Assembly: GCA_965202585.1 (NCBI GenBank)
Contig: OZ241827.1
Coordinates: 66,464,001-66,528,000, forward strand
DNA: 64,000 nt
Reading direction: 5' to 3'
DNA from: Thalia democratica
Taxonomy: Eukaryota
The position numbers and the translations under genes are program-made. The notes below the pieces were generated by a model. That model was not told where the DNA came from and did not search any database. It was given only the letters and a program-made list of their open reading frames with translations. This document shows positions 1 to 12,320 of the stretch, piece after piece. Position 1 is the stretch's first letter; each line of letters opens with the position of its first letter.

Positions 1-632
1 AAAATCAAAAAAGTAGCATTCTGAAGCTATTTATTATGATGTTATTTACGTCATCAATTAAAAACTACAAGTTAATTGTTCTTGTGTTTGTTTGTATTGT
101 GCTGTGATTTATAAAAGTTACTACTGGGTTTAGAAGTACTGAAATATTTGTAAGCCGCTGTAAAGAGGCTGTGATGTGAATTTATTAGTGTAAGGAACAA
201 CAGTATTATATTTTAATTGTCAGCTGAGTGAAATTTACTTTTACAACGTTAACAAAATAGTTGATTGAAATCTATTGATCTATTATATTTACTCTATAAC
301 ATCTTTCAGATTTAATTGTTAGATGAGGTCGTACAATGATTTATTCGAAAATAATTATAAGTTTTTATGTGCAATTAGAATGTTTAACTGATCATAAGGT
401 ATGATTGAAATTACTTATCAACAAAATGTTAATTCAGATTTAAGTCTAAAAAATTAATTAATTTCGTAAAATAATATAATTATTAAATTCATGTTATGTT
501 GTTGTTTTTTGTAACTTTGCTTAGTTTGTTTAACTGTTTTTCAAGACCTTCGGTTTTTAGAATAAGTGTAAGTATTTCTGACACAAAGTTCAAAATAAAT
601 GACGAACAGTTCTGACACAAAGTTCTAAAATA

Positions 633-1019
633 CAGGGTAGCCACTTAACCTGGAATCCTGGAAAAATATGTAATTTGTCAGTTTAGGCTAGATAAACCTG
701 GAGTTCGAGAAATTTTGAAAAAAACTGGAATTTTGAACAAAACCACTAAAAACCTTGGAATTTTTAACAACTTTTACATGTTTTAGTAAAATTTTGATTT
801 GACACAAAAAAATCTACATATAGATCAAAGTTTTTTTATTATAAAAACACATTTAAAGTAGCTTTACAATATCTTTTAAATTTTGTTATGCTATTTAACA
901 TTTTTTTACCTTTAGCTTAATTTTTAACTAAAAATAGACCCAAAAACGTGTACGTTCAAAAACTTGGATAAAATTCAGAAAACCTGGGAGAAATTCATCA
1001 AAAACCAGTGGCCACCCTG
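633..1019. mobile_element. MITE family 1 (TIR CAGGGTTGCCA type)
   Basis: TIRs CAGGGTAGCCACT / AGTGGCCACCCTG. Subterminal CCTGGAA repeats are shared with other copies in the window. Confidence 0.85.
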
Positions 1020-3419
1020 AATAGATGATATGAAACTACGATGATATGATATTCTTTTTAACTTAGTTTGTGTTTCCTCAACTTTAGTTGTTTTTATTTT
1101 CCAATGAGGTTTTCTTCTCTAAATTTTTACAATTTAAGTCCTTATACTTTCTCTGGTGTGCATATTAATATGCAACACTATTGCATATTAAATTCATATG
1201 AATCAGGGTTCGTACGCGTCACTGTAATCAAAACGATTTGGTAATATTTTCTAAGTGTAAGGATTTCGATTCCATGCTCATTAACATTTTTTGAATTGTT
1301 AATGTTTTTCTCATACTGATAAATCAATCAAAAAATCCCTGCTGACGTCATCAGTTAAAACCCACAAGTTGAACATTCTTGTTTTAAGTATGAAATGATG
1401 TGTGAATACAGTAATAGTGCGAAGCAACGTTCAATGACATTTTTATAAGCCGCTGTCGAGGGGCTAAATGTGATTTCAAAACATAGGAAACTATTTATTT
1501 TGACATGAAATATAAATGAGCTAATCATATAAGTGAAAACTTCTTGCTGGCAACAATTAAGAAGTATTTTATACTGTAGTATTAGAACTGGGTGTAAATA
1601 ATTAACTTCACACGATGAATCAATTATTTAGTGGTTACTGCTATATTATGTAAAATTATTTTATTGTCTTTGCTCTAAATCACCGAAAAAAATGTTATTT
1701 ATTTTCCGATTGTATTTCTGACTTTTTAATTTAGCTTGTTGTACCCTTTTATTTGTTTTCGAAATAAACACATAGTCTTTTTGTTGCCTCTTTTCTTAGA
1801 TTAATATTGGAAAATTACTTTAAGTTGTTTTTTTTTTATTTTACCTGAAACTTTTTTTTTAATTTATCAAAAAATTTAGAAAATTAATATTTATCAAAAA
1901 CCAGTGGCCACCCTGAATAGAGGATACAAAACATAATTCTTTTTAACTTAGTTTGTGTTTCCTCAACTTTAGTTGTTTTTAATTTTCGGACGAGGTTTTC
2001 TTCTCTATATTTTTACAATTTAAGTCCTTATTATACTTTCTCTGGTGTGCATTGTAACATTATTTCATATTAAGTTCATATGAATTAGGGTTCGTACGCG
2101 TCGCTATAATCAAAACGATTTGGGAATATTTTCTAAACGTAAGGGTTTTTATCGCATCCTCATTAACATTTATTTTAATTGTGAATATTTTTCTCATATA
2201 AATCAAACAAAAAAGTCTGAAACCCTTGCTGACGTCATCAGTTAAAACCCACAAGTTAAACTTTCTTGTTTCAGGTATAATATGATGTGTTAAAGTAAGT
2301 ATCTATGTGAAGCAACGTTCAATGACACATTTGTAAGCCGCTGTCAAGAGGCTAAATTTGATTTAAGAACATAGGAAACTGTTTTTTAAGACATAAAATA
2401 TAAATGACTATTCATCAAAGTTAAAACTTCTTATCATGTCATTACTTAAAACCCACAAGTTAAACTTTCTTGTTTTAAGTATAAAAAGAGGTGTGAAAAC
2501 AAGTTTTAACAGAAACAAACAGTCCACGGTATTTTTGTAAGCCGCTGTCAAGAGGCTAAATGTGATTTCAGAACATAGGAAACTATTTATTTTGACATGA
2601 AATATAAATGAGCTTGTCATATATGTAAAAACTTTTTATTGGCAACAAATAAGAAATATTTTGTACTGTAGTATTAGAACTGGGTGAAAATAATTTACTT
2701 TAGCTTGTTGTACCATTTTATTTGTTTTTAAAATAAACACATAGCCTTTTTTACCTCTTTTCTTAGATTAATATTGCAAAATTACTGTTTTATTTTTTTT
2801 GCTTTAGGTGAACCTTTTTTTCTTTTTTTTTTTATTAAAAAATTTAGAAAATTAATACTTATCAAAAACCAGTAGCCACCCTGAACGAAGGATATGAAAT
2901 ATAATTCTTTTTAACTTAGTTAATGTTTCCTCAACTTTAGTTGTTTTAATTTTCGGACGAGCTTTTCTTACCTATATTTTCTAATTATTATAATTATTAT
3001 TGTGATTAATTATTTATAATTAATTATTATAAAATATTATACTTTTTCTGGTACATATATTTGATTATAACTCTATAACATATCAAATTCATATTAATCA
3101 GGGTTCGTATGCGTCACTATAGTCAAAACAGATTTGGGAAAATGTGTAAGGATTTGATTACATGCTCATTAACATTTCTTGAATCATGATTTTTTTTCTC
3201 ATATAAATCAAACAAAAAAGTCTGAAACCCCTGCTGACTTCATCAGTTAAAACCCACAAGTTAAATTTTCTTGTTTTAAGTACAATATTAGGTGTGAATA
3301 TAAGTAATAATGCGAAACAACGTTCTATAATACAATTTGTAAGCCGCTGTCAAGAGGCTAAATGTGACTTCAGAAAATTGAGAATCTTTTATCAAGTTGT
3401 GCCACTCTAGTGGTAATTG

Positions 3420-3720
3420 TCTCTTTTTACTTTCTTCTTTTCTCTCAAGCGAGTATAAATTCAACAATCGCGCGTAATTTTGACTTTTAGTTTCTGCTTC
3501 GTTGCAGCGGACTGAAGTCAGTGCAGCTCTTCGCTGCACTTAAGTTTTAACGGTTTCAATCTTGTTGTCGAGTTTATTTCGATTTTAGAACACTTTTTGA
3601 GTTTGGTTTAAACGTTTAGTTTTTAGTTTCTTTGATTCGAGTATTGTCGTCTTTTAAAAGAATTGATAATTTGATTTGTTAGTGTAATGTTGTGCAGTAT
3701 TTTATCATCTTTTCGTTTCG
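3420..3720 (+). promoter_or_regulatory. Candidate promoter / 5' UTR of the coiled-coil gene
   Basis: Locally CpG-rich in a CpG-poor background, with TATAAAT near 3454 and CGCGCG near 3469. It lies about 1 kb upstream of the first recognisable coding exon. The role is inferred only. Confidence 0.3.
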
Positions 3721-4562
3721 CAAATTCATTGTAAATATAATCATTATCACAGATACGAACTAAGTTTAAATTAGTATAAGTAACTGATTTATTAAACCTT
3801 TAGTAAATAGTAAGTAAGTCATATTATATATTTAAGTCAACTATAATTTAAGCGTTATCTTGGGGGCATCTACTTTACAAGTTAGAGCGCACGTTGCGTT
3901 ATAAACCAGGCCAATAATAGTGAATAAGTAGAAACCCTTGATAGCGACAAAGTTATGATGAGCTAATCATATAAGTGAAAACTTCTTATTGGCACAATTA
4001 AGAAATATTTTAAACTGTAGTATTAGAACTGGGTGTAAATAATTTACTTTAGCTTGTTGTACCATTATATTTGTTTTCGAAATAAACACATAGCCTTTTT
4101 GTTGCCTCTTTTCTTAGATTGTTATTGGAAAATTACTTCAAGTTGTTTTTTTTTTAGCTGAAATTTTTTTTTTAAAGTTGTCACAAAATAGGTATATTTT
4201 AATTCTTTTTGAAGCTGTTTAAAATTTTGCAGAAATTTGAAAGACCATTAGTTTTTAAAATGAGTGTGAATTTTTCTGACGCTAAGCCCTTAAACTTATT
4301 CCTGAAAGAAGTTTTTTTTTCGTATATGTTTAACAAAGTTTAAGTTTAAATAATATCTAGAATAAGTAGATAGTGTTTTAGTATTTTGATTGTAACATTG
4401 CATTGATAACTTCTTTGTTTTTCTGCCCAACAAATGTGTTGAAACTTTGAAATTCATAAGTTGTCCAGTTCCTTTAAAACTTTTGTGAAAGGTTTTAGCT
4501 ACGTAAACTAACAAAAGTTTGCATTTTTAAATAAATAAATAATTTTGTATACTCTGTTGCAG

Positions 4563-7500
4563 ATTTAGAGGAAAAGCTGAAAACTTCCAACGAGTTCGCA
4601 AACTTGCTCAAGAACGATTTAAACGAAGCGCTGAAGGAAAATGAAAAGCTGAGGAAATTCGCGCAAAATTACGAGAAGCTCGAACAAATGTGCCAGACCA
4701 AATCGCACAGGTTATTGAAATCTTCTTGAATTGCTACGCTTTTGTTTTTGGTTAAAAAAAATTAGAATAGAAATATTTGAAGACTTAAGACTGTTTTTAA
4801 AACTTTTGAATTACTACGCTTTTATTTTTGAAGACTTAAGATTATTTTGAGCATTTGATAAATTAGATTGGTGCGATAGTTGTTTGTTGAAACTTTATGA
4901 TTTTATCTCATAGTGCTAAATTAAGTTTAGAGAAAATTTTGGTTAAAGACCAATTATCATAGATTAAGTTTGCTTTTTTATCAGTATGTCTTTATTTTGC
5001 TTATTTCTAACAAAAAATATAAATATATAAAGTATTATAACTATATGACAAAGTTTTATAAATTTTCTGTGTGGAACAACAGCTGTAAGTTCTAAAAACA
5101 GAAAAGTAATTTTTAATAAAATAAATTGTATTGATATTAATAAATAATAAACCTGATAAGTATTTATTAAAAGATGCAAATATGTACTTGATAATATGTT
5201 TGTGCCCAAAAAATTAAAAAGTTTTTTCATTTAAATTAAAAAACAGTAAAGTACTTTTGAATCAGCCTTTAATAATATCAAACTCAAGTAGTCACTTTAA
5301 ATTTTAAAATAAAATCTTAATAATTATACAGAATATAAGTTCTTGAGAGAAATTTACAATTATTGAAAAGTTAATTTAATATTAATTATACACAATAGAA
5401 GTTCTTCAGAGATTTGCAATTTTTTTTAAACAAATAAAATGTTTATTATGTAGAATAGAAGTTCTTGAGAGGAATTTAAAATAATTAAGAAATTAAATTG
5501 ATATTAATTATTTAGAATAGAAGTTCTTGAGAGAAATTTGCAATCCAGCGCTCAGCAACACGAAGAATTGAAAGAATTGAAAAATCTTCTGCAAAAACAA
5601 AACAACAAGAAAACTGAAGATATACAAATGTTAGTAACGTTTTATTGTTATTGTTTTACTTAAATTAAACTAACGTTTGAGTAATTTTGCATCCTTAGTT
5701 GTATACCAAATTCTAAAAGTAACATTTTAAACAGTTACTAGATTTTTTCAGATTTAAAGTTTATGTCTTGTTGATGTATATTTTGAGTTGATATTAAAAC
5801 TTTAAGGCGAACTAAATTTATAATTAGCTAATATTAATTATTTTATTACAGTCAATATTATTATTAGTAAATACACAAATAGTTTTTCATGTTTGTATAT
5901 AGTATATGATAACTCAAGTACTTGTAAAACCATAACTGTGTAGCAAATTATAACAAAACACTTTTTAAACTTTGAAAAAAAAACCTAATGTTGAGAAGAG
6001 AAGCTCACCACTGAACAAAGTGTTTGTTACTCAGTCAGAATAGTTCTCCTGTATTGCCGAATATCAAACAGGCCAAAAACTATATTTCTACTTTCTCACT
6101 TTCCTGATTAGAAAAATGCAATCATGCTTCTTAAACCTCCACTGAAAAACTAAAATTGTATTTTTGTGTTTACAGGAGGCAAAGAGTTTAAGGTTTTTAG
6201 ACATGTGGTTTCAGGTCCATCTAAGAGGCGTTTGCAAGCGGCTCTCCAATATTTTACTGCACAATACTTTGTTAGTAGAGATCTCTCCTGTTGTGTTGAA
6301 AGCGTATTATTTTGAATTTTCCCATTAGTTGTGCGTCTTGATGTTCTTTTGAGAGCCAAAGAACTATCTTTACTTAGGAACAACAGTCGCCAAAGTTAGA
6401 TGACAATTTCTCACCCCGTTTGAGAGCAATTCATTATGCATGAGACATTGATTATTGATCCCATTAGGAAATTCTGCTCAACAATAACATTTATTCAGTT
6501 TAAAGGCTGAGGAAGTTAAATACATTTGAACTATATATTGTAGTAACCCGAGTCATTAAATATATTCATACTTTAAAATATTTTTAATTTATTTATATAT
6601 TGAGATATAAATTAATTAAGTAAGATAAATTCTAATCATTAAATTAGCTTTGTAAAAATAATTTAAAGAAAGCAATTAAGCTAAATATAATCTCCCTACA
6701 TACTTTAAAAGTTTTCAGAATCAAAAAACAATATTCTAATAGTATCACCATGTCTTTAACTTTTGCAACAAAATATTAAAAATCTTTATTAAAAGTTACA
6801 ATACAAATAAAAATGATAGTCAAATGTTTTTGAGGCAAACAAATTATAACTCTAAATGGAATTCTTTAAACTCAAAATGTGCTAAAACCTTAAAAACACT
6901 AGTCACGAATTAGAAAATACAAAAGAACATGAAACTAAAATCTGCTTTCCAAAAAGGCAATTTAAATAATAAAATTCTTTAAATAAATACCAAATGAACC
7001 CAACGTTGAAATAATCAATAGTGTTTGAACTGGCTTGTTTCAGTAATATACCTATTTTTTAAGAAAATTTTCCAAGAATAAAACCCGCTTGCTATATGCG
7101 TAAAAACACATCTAACAAACACCTCAACATTTCAAGTAATTGAAATCTCTAAACAGACTAAAGAACAAACTTAAGGGGATGGAATAGCTATAGATACATT
7201 TTAAAACAAGGTTACCCGAATTGGGTCAAGTGGCCCCCTTGGGGGCCATGAGGTCATAATTAAAAACTCACACTAGATATTCTGGAGTTGATGATGGAAA
7301 AGCAAAAAAAAAATCTTAAGTGTTTTTAATAGTAGTTTTTTGAGTAATCCTGTTGGAAGGGACCATAGCTTTTTTAATTTCTTTAAATGGGGCCATTTGA
7401 AAAAAAGTTTGGGGAACTCTTTTTTAAAAGTTCAAGCATCTCATAGAATACATTCAAAAGTTTATTTTTTTAACAAATTAAACAAAACTAACAGTCTGAA

Positions 7501-10500
7501 GAACAAACTTGAGGAGATGGAGTCGAAGCAGATGCAATTGGACAAAATCAACCAGCAGCAGGAGAACAAGCTGGAGGAAGCGAGGAAATGTTTGGAGGAG
7601 AGGGAGGGGAGGATAAGGGAGATGGAGGAAGCGAACATAGACATGGAGCAGAAGGTGCAGGACCTCAATAAGGAGTGCAAGGAGAAGGGTGACAAGATCA
7701 AGCAGCTGGCTTCGCAGGTTTGATGTTTTGTTTGTTTTAGTTGTAGGTTATAGTTTAGTGTTTGTTATTAAAGTAAATGTCAACCGGCTTTTTTGTGGTT
7801 TATGAATTTTTTATATTGTTAAGCAAGCAAGCTGGAATAAGATAAATATTTTTGCAAAGTTGTGTACTTTTTTTATCAGTTTACATCTGTAAAACAAATG
7901 CTCTAAAGTATAGTTAAGTATAATTTTAGAAAAAAATTTAAAAGCTTAATATTTTTTGAACTATATAAAACTATAGTTTTATTTAAGAATTTTTTAATGA
8001 TTAATAATCTTTACGATTAATAGGTTAAGTTTTTTATTACTTATTGTTTTTTGAAACAGTTTTTGCAAGTTTGTGTTTACTCTTTTATCAGTCTGCAATT
8101 GTAAAACAAATGGTTCAATTTTATAAAAATCTTTAAATGCTCAATTTTTCATAAGTTATAGACATAGTTTTATTTTAACTTTTATTAATGATCACATTAA
8201 TCTTTATGATTTATAGCTGTAGTTTTATTACTAGTTTTTTTTTTGAAACAGTTATCATCATGCGATGCAGACAGACAACAATCCGAACACAAATTGAAAT
8301 TATTAACTGTGGATCACAGAAAGTTGAATAACAAGTTCGATTCTCAAAAGAATAAGGTATTTTTCATTTATTATATATGAAGTTAATGAGGTATTTACTA
8401 CAAATTGAAGTTATGAACTGTCAACTTTTACAAAATTAATAAAAGCAAATTTATCAATGCATGTTTTAAAAATTTTTTAAGACAATTTTCATCAGTATTA
8501 TTAGTATTGAAGTATTTTAAGTAAAAATATTTCAAATATTTATTCATTATAACTATTTAACTTAAATATACATGTGTTGTGTACTTTTTTATACATTAAT
8601 TACTAACATTTAATAAAGAACTTGTTATTTTAAAGGTTAAACAGTACAGTATAATTTTATTAAAACGGAATCAAAATTAAATAGTATTTGAATTATTTTT
8701 TCAATGCAAATTTAAGTTAACTTTTACTTGAAACAAAATCTTCCCAAAACTTTAGCATCAAAATAGTTCATATTTAACAGAATTTTACTTTTTTGGTTTA
8801 CTTTTTCATAAAACGTAAAAACCGTAAATTAAGGCCATGGGGGGAGGGGTTGGCCATGTTTTTACAAGTTGATCTTATTTTAAAGATTTTATTGTAAGCT
8901 TCAAAATGCTTTTTATCGTTTTAGAAAATTCAAATTATTTTGTGAGATATGACCAGTCAAAGTCGAGCTGCATAATAGCTTTCCTGTGGGAAGGGAAAAC
9001 TAAAACAGCGAAAAAAGACTATTTTATTTAAAATCTATCTCCTCCTACATTTTTTAAGTAATCTTTTTCAAATTTTCAGTCTAATTTTTATACAATTACA
9101 AAAAATGTTACTTAGGAATTTTAAAAATTTTAAGTAATTTTTTTATTTTGCTAAATTTTTAAAATTCATAAGTAACGTTTTTTCTCATAATGTAAGGAAC
9201 ATTTCCTGAAAATTTGAAGAAGATTGCTTGAAAAATGAAGAAGGAGATAAATTTTTAAAATTTCCGAGAAAATTGACCCCTAAAAACTTGCAGTCCATAC
9301 GTTTGTATCGGAAACTTTTTACAAAAAACAAAATATCTCAAAAGTTAAATGATATTTTTGAATTCTATAAAAACTGGCTTGTAGTTTGTATTTAAAGCTT
9401 TCATGTAAAAACCAAAGTTAGTTTGTGTAAAAAAAAGTGTTTTACCCCCCATGGCCTTAAGCCTTACATAAGAATACTTGGATAATTTATTTAATGTTTC
9501 TTATAGATCAAAAGATTAGAAGACGATATGAGAGACTCAACAAAAAGAAATAAAGAAACGGTTGATGAACTAGAAAAAATAAATAAACAACTCAAAACAG
9601 AAGTAAGTTTATGTATGTATTGTGTATGCATATAATATGTTTTCCTTAAAATTTAACTAACTTTTACCTAAAACTATATTTAAAGCAATTTTTATTACTG
9701 CAATTACCACTGCTAATAATTTTGATCATTAATTTTCATTTTAAGACATAAACGAGAAATACCGTTTGAAATCATATAAATTAATCTATGAACCATATTT
9801 TAAAAATTATTACTAAACAACGTACTTTTACTAAGCATGAAAGCATTAAAGGTTGTGAAAACCTTAAAGAAATAAATATACAGCTGAGTTAAAACAAAAA
9901 AAAATTACCACACACTCAGACTAGTTTACTATAAAACAACTGAAGATAGTTTTTTTTTTTTTAATTAGTTTTGTTCGTTAAAACTTATGTTTATATGTTA
10001 AAACTTAATACTAAGATGGTAAGTTTTAATTTGTTCAGTTTTTAGCTTTGAATACTCTTTTTAAAAGTATACTACTGACTCAGATAAGTTTTTGGTAACT
10101 CAGGCTAGCTTCAATGCTTCAAACAGCATCAACCCTGCAAAATAAGCAATAAGTTCAATTGGATAATAATCAAGTTTTTAAATAGTTTGGTTTTGCATTG
10201 TAAAACTTTATATGGTTTGTCTAAGTACTTATATGAAAGTTATTTGTTATATTATTACCTTTTTCAATAACTTGTATCCTGTTACAACTTTAAAATAAAG
10301 TTTTTTTTAAGTTTTTGTAGTTACAAATGACTGTAAATTGTTTACTCAAAGTAAAACCTACCCATTATTAGCATAATTAATATCAACAGCTTAAAACAAA
10401 AGAAAAATTTATTTTATACAAAATTTTTTCAAATGTGTTAGAAACCTTTGTTATAAATAAGCAACATCTTTTAAAGTTCAATAAAAAGCTGTTGAGAAAA

Positions 10501-11758
10501 TAATAGTAAACAAATAATTTTTTTTTTTATCAGATTCAAAAAAAAACAAGAATGGGTACTACAATTTTTTTGAAGTGTACCAATAACATTTTAGTAATGT
10601 AATTTGAAATAAGATTTAAATTGCAAAAAAAAAATATTTAAGATTAATAGTTGTTAGTTTTTATATATACAAAAGACAAACAAACACTTTTTCAATTTTT
10701 TTTTTGTAAACAACGTAGTCTTGACAAAATTTAATTCAATCTTAATAATACGTATGTATATTAAGATAGGAACAATAAAAAGAGCTAACATTATTTGTTT
10801 ATCAAATATTGTCTATTTTTATGGTTTTAGTTTTTTTTTTTTTTTACTTCGAATACAAAAAATAAGCAATAGTAGTTTTCATTAATAATTTCAAAATACT
10901 AGAATATAGAAAATTACAACTGTAATTACTTACTGAAATACTCATGGTTGCCAAAAAATCTGGAATCCTGGAAAAACGTGGAATTTAACTATTTAGACTA
11001 AAAAACCTAGAATTTTGAACAAAATCACAAAAAAACTTGGAATTTTAAAGAAAAACTACTAAAAAACCTGGAGTTTTAAACTATTTTGAAATGTTTATTA
11101 GTGTACTTTCGATTTGATACAAAAAATCTATTTTATGGAGGAAAAATTTGTCACCATCAAAATTGTTTTTATTGTTTCTTACCTTAAACTCAGCTTTAAA
11201 TAAAAATAGACCAAAAAAACGTGTACTTTTAAAAAAGTGGAAAAAATTCAGAAAACCTGGAAGAATTTCTCCAAAAAAGTTGGCAATCCTGGATACTACA
11301 CCAAATTAATATTACAAATAGCAAAAAAAAACTGCAAAATTGGATACCATTTTTATAATAATTAAACAATCAACTAAATTCTTTCTACTTTTATAGTTCA
11401 ATTTTGAATTTTATTTAACATTTCAGATACGTATATATAAAAAAAGTATCAATTGTTATTTATCATAGGTATTTTCAAAAAAAGTTATGTTGTTGTTGTT
11501 GTTTATTAGCAATCTATCTATCAAAAAAATATTACAAACAATTGCTGAGGAAGTATACCAAATTAGTGTGACTAGTATTGAAACCCTTTAAAAACAAATG
11601 CTAACAATTAACCTAAATTCCAGATACAAACAAAGGAGAAGCAGATTGAAGCGAACGAGGACAAGTTGAAGCAACAGGATGTCCAGTTGACCAAATTCAA
11701 GAAGAAGCAGACCCGCATGATGCAGATGTGGTCGGAAATGCAGGACAGTCAGGAATGA
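4563..11758 (+). CDS. Unidentified coiled-coil protein, 5'-incomplete; join(4563-4710,5516-5629,7495-7717,8252-8356,9507-9602,11624-11758)
   Basis: Six GT-AG exons with consistent phases (1-2, 2-2, 2-0, 0-0, 0-0, 0-stop) splice into one E/K/Q/L-rich heptad-like frame, (D)LEEKLKTSNEF...RIEVLERNLQ...ILKNKLEEMESKQ...KFKKKQTRMMQMWSEMQDSQE*. The start exon was not found and the family was not recognised. Confidence 0.85.
5320..5545 (+). repeat. Four tandem ~62-bp copies of the intron/exon junction of coiled-coil exon 5516
   Basis: Unit TAATTAT..AGAATAGAAGTTCTTGAGAGAAATTT near 5321, 5382, 5445 and 5505. Confidence 0.85.
7207..7421. mobile_element. hAT (Charlie-like) MITE, family 3
   Basis: TIRs CAAGGTTACCCGAA / TTTGGGGAACTCTT with an exact 8-bp TSD TTTTAAAA on both sides. 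Related copies lie at 34900-35057, 41290-41590 and 61530-61732. Confidence 0.8.
8833..9456. mobile_element. Kolobok-like MITE (TTAA TSD), family 2
   Basis: TTAA|GGCCATGGGGGG ... CCCCCCATGGCC|TTAA. Internal sequence is shared with 24917, 27704 and 55035. A TTAA TSD with purine-purine termini fits Kolobok rather than piggyBac (CCC termini). Confidence 0.85.
10943..11291. mobile_element. MITE family 1
   Basis: CATGGTTGCCA ... TTGGCAATCCTG; flanks AATACT/GATACT. Confidence 0.8.
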
Positions 11759-12320
11759 TCTGTGTGATTGGTTGAAAGTGTGCAATGTGCTGATCTGATT
11801 GGATTAAAATTGCAATGAGCTGATCTGATTGGTTGAAAGTTTGCAATGAGCTGATCTGATTGGATTAGAATTGCACAAAGCTGATCTGATTAGAATTAGC
11901 AATAAACTGATCTGATTGGACCAAAATTGCATTAAGCTGATCTGATTGGATTAGAATTTCTAATAAACTGAACTGATTGGTATAAAATTGCACCAAGCTG
12001 ATCTGATTGGATTAAAATTGTGTTAATCTGATCTGATTGGATTAGAATTTGCAATAAGTTGATCTCATTGGATCAAAATTGCACTAACAAGCTGATCTGA
12101 TTGGTTTAAGATTTGTAACAAGCTGATATGATTGGTTTAGAGTTGCACTAAGCTGATCTGATTGGTTTAAAATTGCACCAAGCTAATCTGATTGGATTAG
12201 AATTTTCAATAAACTGATCTGATTGGTATAAAATTGTAATAATCTGATCTGATTGGTTTAAAATTTGTAATGCGCTGACCTAATTGGTTTATATTTTAAA
12301 GGTGATCTACTTGGATTAAA
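11756..12320. repeat. ~30-bp minisatellite, about 19 units, core GCTGATCTGATTGG
   Basis: Units are directly readable from 11756 to about 12315, e.g. GCTGATCTGATTGGATTAGAATTTGCAATAA. They degrade towards the 3' end. Confidence 0.95.

Larger units (their letters stand above)
1..4170. repeat. Degenerate ~0.9-kb tandem segmental duplication (about 4-5 full or partial copies)
   Basis: Anchor TAAGCCGCTGTCAAGAGGCTAAATGTGATTTC recurs near 150, 1447, 2335, 2538 and 3340. MITE right end CCAGTRGCCACCCTG ends at 1019, 1915 and 2883 (spacing 896 and 968). GCTGACGTCATCAGTTAAAACCCACAAG recurs near 1341, 2228 and 3232. Confidence 0.9.

Noticed and set aside
2060-5230. Short ORFs in the tandem repeats and AT-rich introns, and most other ORF-track calls under 100 aa
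   Set aside because: F/L/K/I/N-rich translations of AT-rich or MITE DNA, often with non-ATG starts. The genuine parts of 7340-7723, 43250-43438, 45077-45454, 52630-52854 and 62830-63165 are single exons of the spliced genes.
10533-10556. Extra exon candidate for the coiled-coil gene
   Set aside because: Phase 0-1 would break the frame.
11756-12320. CRISPR-like array
   Set aside because: The variable parts are related to each other rather than unique spacers, the context is eukaryotic, and there are no cas genes.
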